From positions 233,109 through 297,108 of the forward strand of contig MU619249.1 of the NCBI GenBank assembly GCA_025201805.1: a DNA stretch of 64,000 nt. Direction: 5' to 3'. The translations under genes and the position numbers were made by a program. Source of the stretch: Parasitella parasitica NRRL 2501 (lineage: Eukaryota; Fungi; Mucoromycota). Below are positions 39,249-50,289 of the stretch, in pieces (the stretch's first letter is position 1; every line of letters starts with the position of its first letter). The notes under the pieces are model-generated. The model saw nothing but the letters and a program-made list of their open reading frames with translations, ran no database searches and was not told the origin of the DNA.

Positions 39249-41409
39249 ATGAAATTGGTTGCACTTTCAACATTAGTTACTTTGGCTCTTTCAGGTGTTT
39301 TGGCAGCTGATGTCCAATACTCTGTCATCGCATTCCCTTCCGGTAACCAAGGTGTATCCGTCTCTGTTGCTGGACAAACAGTTGCGCTTAAAAAGAGCGA
39401 TGTTCATCCCAACATTTACTCTGGTACTGCCCCTTCGGGCGAGACCTACCAATATGTACTCACCGATGGCCAAACCAACACTCCCGAGACAGCTGTCCGT
39501 AAACTTGCCCAAGGAACTACCTCCACTGGCAATGAGTTTTTTAACCGCACTCAGACTGTCTGGAGTGTTCCTAGTCTCCCCCAAGCCTACAACCCCATAT
39601 ATCCTAGTAAGTTTGTCCTCTGAATCTATTTTTTCAATATCTTTACTAACATTGGTTCCCCCCCAGCTTTATTCACTAGTTTGAACAACTCGAATGAAGT
39701 GGCCACAATCATAATGTCGGTCAATGTTACCGCATTAGATGCTATCAATAAGGGTCCTACGGAAAAGCTCGACGATGCTCACATTACTGATTTGGTTTAC
39801 ATTAACAGTAAAGAGGTCTTTAAATTTAAAGATGGTGGCCTCAGTACTAGCGGACAGTCTACTAAAGATTTTGCAAAGCAATCTTGGTCTATTGATTTCA
39901 ACAAATACAGTAATTCCACCACCAAAAGTCTTTTGTTCGGTCGTACTACATTGAAGCTTCGTGCCGAGGAGACAGATGCCACTTTTGCGTATGTTATCTG
40001 ACATTGTGCAATTGCATGACTAGATCGAAAACTAATTATTTGATTAGACGTGAAAAATTAGTCCTTGATATGCTTGCTGCTGCTGGTGGCGCCACTCTTT
40101 CTGGCTCCTGGACTCGTGTCTTTATCAACAATGAACCATACGGCCTCTTCTTGCTTATGGACGATGCATCAACTCATCTTTTTGATGCTGTTCTTCACGG
40201 TGGCGACTTTAAATCAACCAACACAGGTAATTATCACTCTTGATTTCTATTTGCAACGCAACCACATCTTGGACAATGATAATACGATGAATATCTATAT
40301 TTATATATGTATGCTGTCTCCCCCTTTTCCTTGATTTCTATACAAATGTTCATCTTCTCCCTAGTGTCCACCTCTAAATTGGCTCTTTACTAACTTTTTT
40401 TTTTTTGTCATATGCAGGTGTTACTTACAAAGGAAACGCCGTCAGTGATACAGTCGAAGGCAATTTGGTCTATGTTGGTGATGATGCTACTCAATACTCT
40501 GCAGATATCTACAAGCTTGAGGACACTGGCGAAGATAAGACTATTAGCAAGAAAAATAATAGTCAAGCTGGTATCATTGACTTTACTAAACGTTTAAGCC
40601 AAGTTAACGCACAAGATGCCACTGATGCACAACACCCTGGTGGAATTGCCAACTTAATGGATTCTCCACAACATACCCTAATTCATATTGCCATGAACTA
40701 TCTCATTGGCTCTTGGGATGGTTTCTGGTATCAAGCTAGTAACTACTACCTTAACAATGATTTGGCTACCAACAAATGGACTTTGATTACATACGATTTT
40801 GACGAAACCTATGGTAATGGCATTGAAGATGCCAACATGAACACCGTCTCTTACAAGAATTACTCTCGCCCTAACTCCAAACGTCCTCTTGTTGAAGTTT
40901 TCCTTAACAACCCTTATTACGACGGTGTCTTCCAGGATATCCTCAAGACCATCGTCAAGCGCTTTTTCAAGCCTAGTGTTGTTGATCCCATTCTTACTGC
41001 CTGGTCTCAAATGTTAGCCGAAGACATTGCCTGGACTCGCTCTATTGCTGGTCGATCTCCCGGTACAACTACTTCTTTTACCGTCAAGGATTTCCAAGAT
41101 GGTCTACTCGGTAACGGCACTACCATCTCTATTAGCCAATGGGTCTCTAAACGTGCTTCATCTCTTACTACACAACTTAACTTTAATGATACCGACGACC
41201 TTCCTGCTTTGCCTCCTTACACTGCTGGTACTCATTTGGATGCTAATGGAAATGTTGTCAAATCTGATGGTACAGGTGTTGCGGGCAACGGTACCGGTGT
41301 CGCTGCTAGTGGTAGCAGTAGTGCCAAAACAAGTGCTTCGCCTGCCACTAAGGCATCTGTCGGCCTTAGTATGATTGCTATTGTCGCTGCAGTTGTCATC
41401 GCACTTTAG
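39249..41409 (+). CDS. cotH: CotH-family (spore coat/invasin-like) protein kinase, secreted, probable GPI anchor (4 exons)
   Basis: Signal peptide MKLVALSTLVTLALSGVLA; NEFFNR, GQSTKDFAKQS, LKLRAEETD...REKL, GSWDGFWYQASNYYL and YDFDETYG; hydrophobic C-terminal tail. Confidence 0.93.
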
Positions 41410-42001
41410 AAATAATGTCTTTTTGTTACAGGGTTTTACTCTAGCGGGGCTCTTCTTGCCCCTAACTAACTAATTAATTAAGCCCTAACTAATCTTTTAT
41501 CTGCTATTTCTTGGATTGTATTTACATTTGCTTCTAATAAAGATGCTTCACTAGATTCTTTAATTTTCCAAATGGTAACAGGAGTAACTTTAGCTTGAAT
41601 TTTTTTTTTTGTGGATGGTTTGGAATAGAATAAGGCCCCTAACCACAGTTTCAAAAAAAAATTCAGTGTAAATACTTCCAATTTTCAAATTCTCTGGTAT
41701 ATTGTAATAGAAAACAAATATTTAAAATTAGTTGGTATCTTAAGCTTCCTTTCAAAAAGCATGTGCGGTAATCAGAGCTTGACATTTATATACAACCTAT
41801 CATTCAAATCATTTGTGATTATGCGTTAGTACCCTAATACTTTCAATTGATTGTGAAAATCATGTAACTTTTGTGTCTTTACTTGCAAGAAATAACCTTT
41901 TTTTTTTTTTTTTTTTTNNNNNNNNNNTTTTTTTTAAAAAAAAAAAGGCTTTACATGAAGCAAAGTCTGTCTCTATCATACCCATATAATACTTGAGGTA
42001 A

Positions 42002-42604
42002 AGCTCAAGTTCTGCTACTAATCTTAGCACTAACTGCAAGGCTTTTACAAGAAAAATCCCATTCGACAACATCATCAACACTAGGTTTAATGGGTTAAAA
42101 CAAAAGATCCAGCTCGCAGGCTCCAATATCATAGAGCTAGTTATTAGAGCAAAATTTATTATAAACTACTATATTTTGATGGATACTACTAGAGCTCCTC
42201 CACCTGCTACGTTCAGCCAGAACTTTTGGTATAGTATCTGTAAACTTGTTAATGACCAAAGAGTTACAAATATATAGGATGTTCTAAATGACTTGATTCA
42301 AACTTGATATTCATTCAGATCAAGATATCGTACCGCAAAAACAAATATAAAGCTTGCTCCTAAAATAGGTGATTGCTTGTCCAATGTATACATTGAATTG
42401 CCAACTACTTACATTAATTCAATGGTAGAAACGTTTGAGGAAAGGCTTCTTTATTTTATGAAATATAGAGTACAATCACTGATACCTTCAAGTCGAGAAC
42501 TAACGAATACTCATAAGAATACAGAACGATCTGTCATTGATTCTATACCCCAACAATATTGCTCTCAAGTTATTTGCAATGGAACTCTAAAATGGCCTAC
42601 CATT
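42002..42604 (+). pseudogene. Decayed N-terminal half of a Fanzor1 (eukaryotic TnpB-like)-type ORF, transposon-derived
   Basis: One frame gives KAFTRKIPFDNII...IRAKFIINYYIL...FSQNFWYSICKLVNDQRVTN...DCLSNVYIELPTTYINSMVETFEERL...YCSQVICNGTLKWP, with in-frame stops at 42275 (TAG) and 42305 (TGA). The pattern is recognised from Mucorales Fanzor-like proteins. No RuvC motifs seen. Confidence 0.6.
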
Positions 42605-43613
42605 TTGTGCCAGTGTCGAAAGGCGCAGCGAAATGTTGTGTGCATGTTACATGAAAAAGGTAAGAAAGACTTTTTTTCAGAATTGAACCAGATACAACAC
42701 TAAAAAAATTTATTCACATAAGATATGGTCTCTATTACTACTAAAATATATCCAAATTCAAGGCTTATTCACATAACATCTGATGTGTGACAAGAAGTGT
42801 CATACGCTATTAAATCGCAGTATTTCCAGGGCAGACCTATTCTTCTATTTTACATTGAAGACAAGAATGGGTCGGATGTCTTCCAGACTTCCAGAATCTG
42901 ATCTTGATATAACATTTAAATAAGACTAGAACCTTTCACGAGGTTCAACTAAAACTTGTAGCTTATTATTCCTTGTTTATAAAATAATTATCAATGAATA
43001 ATACCACAATCCATACAACGTAAATATTTTATATATGACATATATAGACCATATCTGCATACAACAATTTAATTTCGCTTGGGCCACCTGTTTATCAATA
43101 CTTATCCGCAAAAACACTTTTATTTTTCAATTTTTATTATCAATATCAGATATTTGTGTGGTATCCATATAAAAGCTACATATGTTATATCTAACTTAGT
43201 CATAATGCACGGATCATGATATTAATTGTTGGTAATTCTTTTACAAATAAGGAATAAGCTACAAGTTGTAATTCGACCTCTTGCAAGGTTCCAGGCTTAT
43301 TCAAAGAATACATCTAGATCAGATCGCGGGATGTCGGGAAGACATCCTACCCAATCTTCTCTTTAAAGTAAAATAGAAAGATAGGTCTGTCCTGGAAATG
43401 CTGTGATTTAATAAGGTTTGACACTTCTTGTCAAACATCAGATGTTATGTGGATAAACGTTGATTGAGATATATTTTAGTATAAATAGATATCATATCCT
43501 ATGTCAATAAAAGTCTTCAGTTTTGTATCTGGTTTTATTTCAGAAAAGCCTTTATTACTTTATACAAATCATATTTACATAACATTACGCTGCGCCCTTT
43601 GACACTGGCACAA
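42604..43613. repeat. ~1-kb fold-back: two ~450-bp diverged inverted arms with a short central spacer
   Basis: TTGTGCCAGTGTC (42605) / GACACTGGCACAA (43601); CACATAACATCTGATGT / ACATCAGATGTTATGTG; GACAAGAAGTGTCA / TGACACTTCTTGTC; GGATGTCTTCC / GGAAGACATCC; AACTTGTAGCTTATT / AATAAGCTACAAGTT. The blocks are collinear in inverted order. Confidence 0.9.
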
Positions 43614-44567
43614 CAATTACGCTCTGACATCTTTTGATTTAAAGGCTATTTATCCAATATTAATTTATATTTCAATGATTGTTTTTCGGGAGAGATGAAA
43701 TTTTTGTTTTTTTTTTAAGGATAATAGTATCCAGTGCCTAGTCCAGCTTATCTTGGATCAAAAAAGTACTTCTCTATCAATATTGAAAATAGGATAATTT
43801 GATAATTATAGGTTTGAGCACACTTAAGAAAGAGGTCATTTAGCTACAAGACAAATTTCTTTTGCGATTTTCATGGATACTAGTATTCCCTATAAGTTTC
43901 CATATAGGTTTAACTCGGAATATAGAAAACAACCACCAACTACCCAATGTGCCATTAATTATAATACCAGAAATAAATTCCAAATTATGGTATATATTAC
44001 TACAAGCCTTTAAAACATTCTAAGCAAGGTCTAGTAAACACTATGCTACCGTTTATAGTAGAGTTTGGTATATATACATCTAGTTGACTTGCTCTCGTAA
44101 GGATGGAGCTTGTACAAATTGCATCGTCAGTAAAATCAGCCTATAAATGCGTAAGCTTTTTTACTTTTGCACGATTATAAAGCCACATTTCATATCTACA
44201 TCCAGATAAGAAAAAATTCGAACGAGATTATGATTATGTGTTTACCATGATAAATTATGCTCAATTACGTATTTCTGTGAGGAATCATCGCTTTTCAGTC
44301 AATCAAATAAAGAATGCTTACTGTCTTGTCAAAATAAAAAAAAACGGGCATTGGAAAAGCTACTTGGTTATTGTATATGTTTTTGGTTCTAATATCAAGA
44401 GTTGAACTGCATCAACAAGACGCATTTCATCGATCGTGCCTTTTGGATACTGACGATTCTAATGTGACTACAATAGGATATGATGGAAGTGACGTGAAGA
44501 AAAAGACCACCTTTCATTTTTTTTAAACACGAGCACTCGTCTTTATACTATTTGAAATTATAATAAT

Positions 44568-45411
44568 ATGGCAACCAGCGCTATTGAAGGAGCAAGCAGA
44601 CCGGATGTCGATATTGATGCACTTCCATGTAAGTGTTTTTTACTACATTAAATGAGTAGATGACTAATTTTGTAATGATTCTAGATATCGACCATGAAAT
44701 AGATGATGCAGGTAAGCGATGAAAAATAAGAGCAAAACGATAGCCAGTCGAAAACAATTGTTTGTCTTGTTATTAGAGACGAAAGCGACTGTTGAAAGGT
44801 TGATTGAGCAAGAGATGCGTCGAATGAAGAGGAAGGAGCGCTCGGATTTACCGTTAAGCATTGATTTATTCGAAAACGATGAGATATTGAAGCAAGAAAT
44901 TGAACGCATTAAAAGGAAAGAACAGCTTAATGCGTTGGACACGAAAAGATACGAGCTCCAAGGACCAGAAGACGAAAACAACCTAGAGGGTTGGAAAGCA
45001 GCTGTGAATAACACAAAGTCTCAACTTGAATCACAAGCTGGAAGGTAAATAAAGAGAGGGATACAACGAGTATATTGGAAAGACAAGCATTGACGTCTGA
45101 TGTACTGTAGTATGTTCAATTTGGAACTACTTCAAAAATACGGTGCAAACGCATGGAGAGTACACAATTTTCAACTAGAGAAAGATCTAGCAGACATTAG
45201 AAAGAATACAGAAAACGTCCGCAACCAAATTCTCGAAATCAATAGAGAGCGTAAAAATGATCAAACTCAAGCAGCAGCTTCACTTGCATCGCTAGAGAAC
45301 AAATGGTCAGACTTGATTACTCAAAACTTGCAAGTCGAAATTGCTTGTGCAGCCCTTGAAAATGAAGTCGAGGAATTAAAAAGATACAAACAATCTTTGC
45401 AACAAAATTAA
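44568..45411 (+). CDS. SPF27: Pre-mRNA splicing factor SPF27/BCAS2 (Cwf7) (4 exons)
   Basis: IDALPYID, LIEQEMRR, LDTKRYEL, NLELLQKYGANAWRVHN and INRERKNDQ. Confidence 0.92.
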
Positions 45412-45584
45412 ATAAATTTCGATAACGTGGAAGGTTTAGACGTGTATTGTATTCTACGACTCATACGATTTACGTGAATTCGCATATTGTCATTCTTATT
45501 ATTTTATTAGCACAAGTATTAGGTTGTAAGCAGAATGAGAGGGGATTATATCCAAGTGAATGTAGTAAATTGTAGGAAAGAGAA

Positions 45585-46462
45585 TTAAGCAATTTTCTCT
45601 TCGGTTACAGAAGATATCTCTTGGATATCCTGACATGATTGATCTTCCTGATCAAAATCAATAGCATGCTTATCTCGACGAATACGCTTCAAATCAGACT
45701 GAAGGAATAATGCAGGCACAGCGCCACAGCAAGCCAAAACAATGGCATAAATAAGAGCATGCTTCATATTGTAAGGGGGCGACGCATCAGGACCAGCACG
45801 CAAAGCATCCATGATAAACGTAGTAACAAAAGAGCTTACTTGGGAGAAAAGCCAGAGCACTGATGCACTGACTGCTTCAGAAACGGGAAACGTACACTCT
45901 GCCGCCAGTTCTAATGAGACGGGGATAATAAGGAATACAAAGAAGCCGTTCAAAAAACAGGACACCATGACAAAAGAGTAGGAATTAGCCAAATCTGCAA
46001 GTGTCGAGACACGGATGAGCGATTACGTTACATATTCGAGTCATTAGCGATAGACATACCTTGAACATACAGAATTACTGTTGTGACAACTGTCATGCAA
46101 CAAGCTACTTTCAGTACAAGTGCATGTCTCCCCGTCCAGTCAGTGATTCGACCAGCAATAATGGCACCTCCCACGCCACTGATGATCCTCACAAAGCTAA
46201 ACAGCCCCACCTGCACATTGGTATAACCCTGAGGAGTAAATATAAGACTTGTGATTGATACGATCGAAGCAAACATGGCGAAATTGATGCTAAAGACAAA
46301 GATCAGCAATAGGTAATTTCTGCTTTTGAGCATGATCTTGAGACTCTGCCTGAACGTCGTACGATCCACTTTGGAGCTTTCGGTTGGGGGCACTTTAGGA
46401 CCTGAAGGCAAAAATAAAAACGGGATGCCAAATGCTGTGGAAATGCAAGAAGTGATTAAAAG
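45585..46462 (-). CDS. MFS transporter (FLVCR/SLC49-like); 5' part lost in the N gap
   Basis: PKVPPTES linker, multiple TM helices and LELAAECTFPVSEAVSASVLW. Confidence 0.85.
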
Positions 46463-47418
46463 CTAATATAGAAGAAATGTTTAGTCATCTTTTTTTTTTT
46501 TTTTTTTNNNNNNNNNNNNNNNNNNNNNNNNNNNNNNNNNNNNNNNNNNNNNNNNNNNNNNNNNNNNNNNNNNNNNNNNNNNNNNNNNNNNNNNNNNNNN
46601 NNNNNNNNNNNNNNNNNNNNNNNNNNNNNNNNNNNNNNNNNNNNNNNNNNNNNNNNNNNNNNNNNNNNNNNNNNNNNNNNNNNNNNNNNNNNNNNNNNNN
46701 NNNNNNNNNNNNNNNNNNNNNNNNNNNNNNNNNNNNNNNNNNNNNNNNNNNNNNNNNNNNNNNNNNNNNNNNNNNNNNNNNNNNNNNNNNNNNNNNNNNN
46801 NNNNNNNNNNNNNNNNNNNNNNNNNNNNNNNNNNNNNNNNNNNNNNNNNNNNNNNNNNNNNNNNNNNNNNNNNNNNNNNNNNNNNNNNNNNNNNNNNNNN
46901 NNNNNNNNNNNNNNNNNNNNNNNNNNNNNNNNNNNNNNNNNNNNNNNNNNNNNNNNNNNNNNNNNNNNNNNNNNNNNNNNNNNNNNNNNNNNNNNNNNNN
47001 NNNNNNNNNNNNNNNNNNNNNNNNNNNNNNNNNNNNNNNNNNNNNNNNNNNNNNNNNNNNNNNNNNNNNNNNNNNNNNNNNNNNNNNNNNNNNNNNNNNN
47101 NNNNNNNNNNNNNNNNNNNNNNNNNNNNNNNNNNNNNNNNNNNNNNNNNNNNNNNNNNNNNNNNNNNNNNNNNNNNNNNNNNNNNNNNNNNNNNNNNNNN
47201 NNNNNNNNNNNNNNNNNNNNNNNNNNNNNNNNNNNNNNNNNNNNNNNNNNNNNNNNNNNNNNNNNNNNNNNNNNNNNNNNNNNNNNNNNNNNNNNNNNNN
47301 NNNNNNNNNNNNNNNNNNNNNNNNNNNNNNNNNNNNNNNNNNNNNNNNNNNNNNNNNNNNNNNNNNNNNNNNNNNNNNNNNNNNNNNNNNNNNNNNNNNN
47401 NNTTCAAGACACCAACGA

Positions 47419-48417
47419 CTAATTTGCTCTGTAGCGCCTAATCTCCTCTCGAGTGATATGCTCAGGCAAGCCTCGATCACGTCGCCACTGCACAAATCCA
47501 TCATAGTTTTTGATGCCATGCTCTTTAACTGCTTTGCGGTAAATATGGAGCTCTGTCCCAAGTCTGCGTTTGTGATTAGAGAACCAATAGGTAACATTGC
47601 GAGAATTCAAGCCTGTCTCCTCAATGACAAGCTCACGCTGCTCTTTCGTCAATTTGCACTGTTTGCTGTAAAAGTCGAAGAAGGCTCTTTTCAAGTAGGC
47701 CGTTGTTTTGGCGTCGTATGAGGTTGAGGTGCGCTTGTTCTTTGCATTTGTTTTCTTTTTGCTTAATCTGGATTTGGATCTGGATCTGGATCTGGATTTG
47801 GTTGGGATGATGATGGCCGTTTTAGAGACAGTTTCCTGCCCAGCAGCAGTTGATGAGAGTGGCTCCGTGATATCCTCCCGTTGTTCTTGCTGGCGTGATT
47901 GGTCTGAATTACCTGATTCCTGATCTTGCAAAGACGACACATCGTCGAACTCTGATTCTGTATCGTCAGTTTCATCGCCACCACTGCTACTAGAAATGGT
48001 GTTTGGGGAAGACGCCTGCTGTGGTGCATGGTGGTGGTGTGCCAAAGCATCTGATTGTTGTGATGCGACATCTACAACAGGAAGCCCAGTAATAGTGGTA
48101 GTAGTAGTAGTCTTAGTTATGACAGTAATAGTGCCAGTACCTGAAATTGGCGTTACTTTAGACCTTGAGCTACTTGACTCTGATAATTTCGAAAGCTTTA
48201 AATTTACATCCTCAGGCTGAATGCATAAGATGGATCGATTTGCTGCTACTAAATGTTGATGGTACATGGCCGAATGGAGATCAATGTGGCCTCGGATGAA
48301 CGAGTGTGTTTGGCATTGCCTAATTGAAGGAACATCTTGCCCATCTGCAAGCTCGGCCATAGTTTCAACTGGTGGTGAGCCTTGCCAATCAGTGTCTGTT
48401 TCAGGCTGTTGTGCCAT
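47419..48417 (-). CDS. Homeodomain transcription factor (C-terminal homeodomain)
   Basis: KRTSTSYDAKTTAYLKRAFF...LTKEQRELVIEETGLNSRNVTYWFSNHKRR. Confidence 0.88.
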   Translation of the reverse strand: MAQQPETDTDWQGSPPVETMAELADGQDVPSIRQCQTHSFIRGHIDLHSAMYHQHLVAANRSILCIQPEDVNLKLSKLSESSSSRSKVTPISGTGTITVITKTTTTTTITGLPVVDVASQQSDALAHHHHAPQQASSPNTISSSSGGDETDDTESEFDDVSSLQDQESGNSDQSRQQEQREDITEPLSSTAAGQETVSKTAIIIPTKSRSRSRSKSRLSKKKTNAKNKRTSTSYDAKTTAYLKRAFFDFYSKQCKLTKEQRELVIEETGLNSRNVTYWFSNHKRRLGTELHIYRKAVKEHGIKNYDGFVQWRRDRGLPEHITREEIRRYRAN

Positions 48418-48821
48418 TTTAAAGTTAGCGAAGAAGAAGAAGAAGAAAAAANNNNNNNNNNNNNNNNNNNNNNNNNNNNNNAAAAAAAAAAAGAGACAAC
48501 AAAATGATAAATAATAATAAACGGCTGTATATATACGTTACGACAAATGTTGTCAATGGTTCCAGGTCCAAGCGCAATGCTCGATCTAACTGTGCATGTA
48601 AAACACCAGGTTCGTTGCTACACGGCGATGCCTTTCAGCATAATCAACATGTATCAAGGCACCAACTGTCAACATAATGAAACCGAGCATGAGCACACAT
48701 GAAAAATTGGATATATTGTCCAAGGTCTGACACAATGATACATCTGCAAACATGATATTTTTCATGCATTTGAAATATAGCCTGACAACTTTTTTTTTTT
48801 TTTTTTTTTCCATATTTATTA

Positions 48822-50129
48822 TTACACAGAAGACTCGGGATCAATGTTTCTTAAAGGCATAAATCGACCTCTATCATTGCTGCTTTTTAATAGTCCAGAC
48901 AATGCAGCCAGATGGTTTCTTCTTCGTTTTGTCCTGACAAACAGCAAGAATGCAATAGAGACGATGACAGTAGCAGTCAAGCCAAAGTAGACGAAATGAG
49001 TTGTGGTTCCTGATGCTGCTTGTGGTCGATCATCACCACCCACCAAGTCGTGGAGCTGCTGCTCTTCTTGCTGCTCTTCTTGCTGGTTTTGCTCTTGAGC
49101 CTTTTCGTCGTTCAGCTTTTTGATGATGCGGTTGATTTCGCCTGTGTTTCTCTTTGGCTTGTATATGGGCGATTTGTAAGGCGAATGAGGCTCTTGAAGG
49201 AGCTGATTTACGTCTACTACATCGCTAAGATAGGTCTCAGGAGCCAAGGAGCCTGCCATTAAAATACTATTGGCAATCAGTCGATGAACACCTCCTGTCA
49301 AATGAGTCTTGTCCCACCAAACATAAGAGTCGATTTCGTCAGAGCACTGGCCCTGACAAGCATCCCAATAGGGCTCTTTGGCATTGATGATCTCAAACAT
49401 GGCAGGGTGTTCAACAATATCGTCAAGCATTTTGTGGATGTCGACCAGATCCAATTCCAACGACTGAAGATGTTTGTTCATTTTCTCGACTTCCTTGGTG
49501 AGCAGCTCGTCCAGCTGGTTGGCAGCTTTCTCTCTACTAGCTGCCAGTTTGGTGTTGGCGTAAAAGGGCATGCGCTCCAAGGGCGGTATCCCCATCACAA
49601 TAAATTTGTTGGACGAGAATATTCTGCGGAAATTCCTCTAGACAAAAGATTACATGTCAGTGTTGGAGTGGTGCGGAGAGAACAATCAATATGCAGCACT
49701 TACGATGTTTGTCCCAATGCAGTCCACCACCCTCTCATAATCTTGTGGCCTTCCCTTTTCGAGCATCTTGAACACATCGTTCACTCCAACCCAAAAGATA
49801 ACTGCCGTTTCCTGCATATCCAAGTCTCTGAGATTCTTCTGGTCGTAGAACATTTCCACTTGGTCAGTGATGCTCGGGATAAATTCCTCGTTTTGCTGCT
49901 GACTGGAATACATGTCGTTGTTGCAAACCGCTCCACTGAAAGCAAAGCTGTATAGGGATGCGTTCCACCCGACAGCCAAGTCTTCGCTCCAAACAGGCCC
50001 GTTTGTCAGTCGCTGATTGTTCCCCACATCTGAAAAGGAGTCCCCAAATACGACGATATTCCTGATTCTCTCTTCCTTGGCCAGCGTGAATGGTAACATA
50101 AACGTCAACAATACAATATGTACAAGCAT
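48822..50129 (-). CDS. Secreted/membrane-anchored GDSL (SGNH) esterase, CE16-like (2 exons)
   Basis: Signal peptide; VVFGDSFSDVGN, TNGPVW, FAFSGA, WVGVND and WWDKTH; C-terminal TM helix followed by RTKRRR. Confidence 0.9.
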
Positions 50130-50289
50130 TCTATGGTCTATATTTTGTATGATATTGTGCAGTCTAGCGCAGGAAAAAGAAAAAAAAAAAAAAAAAAAAA
50201 ATGGAAAAAGGAGTAAAATAATGGAAAAATCAAGTTGAAAGGACAAAGGAGGCTCACTACGCAAAGCCTTTCTGTTTTGGTATCGTTCA

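Noticed and set aside
41630-44040. Candidate TIRs (41630-41735 vs 43935-44035) enclosing the Fanzor-like ORF and fold-back
   Set aside because: Similarity is limited to short AT-rich blocks such as TCTGGTAT and TAGTTGGT; not distinguishable from chance by eye.
43614-44200. RuvC half or omegaRNA of the Fanzor-like element
   Set aside because: No DPG/E/D or zinc-finger motifs recognised, and an omegaRNA cannot be called without aligned copies.
46477-47721. Long ORFs in the track spanning 46.5-47.4 kb
   Set aside because: Artefacts of translating through the N gap.
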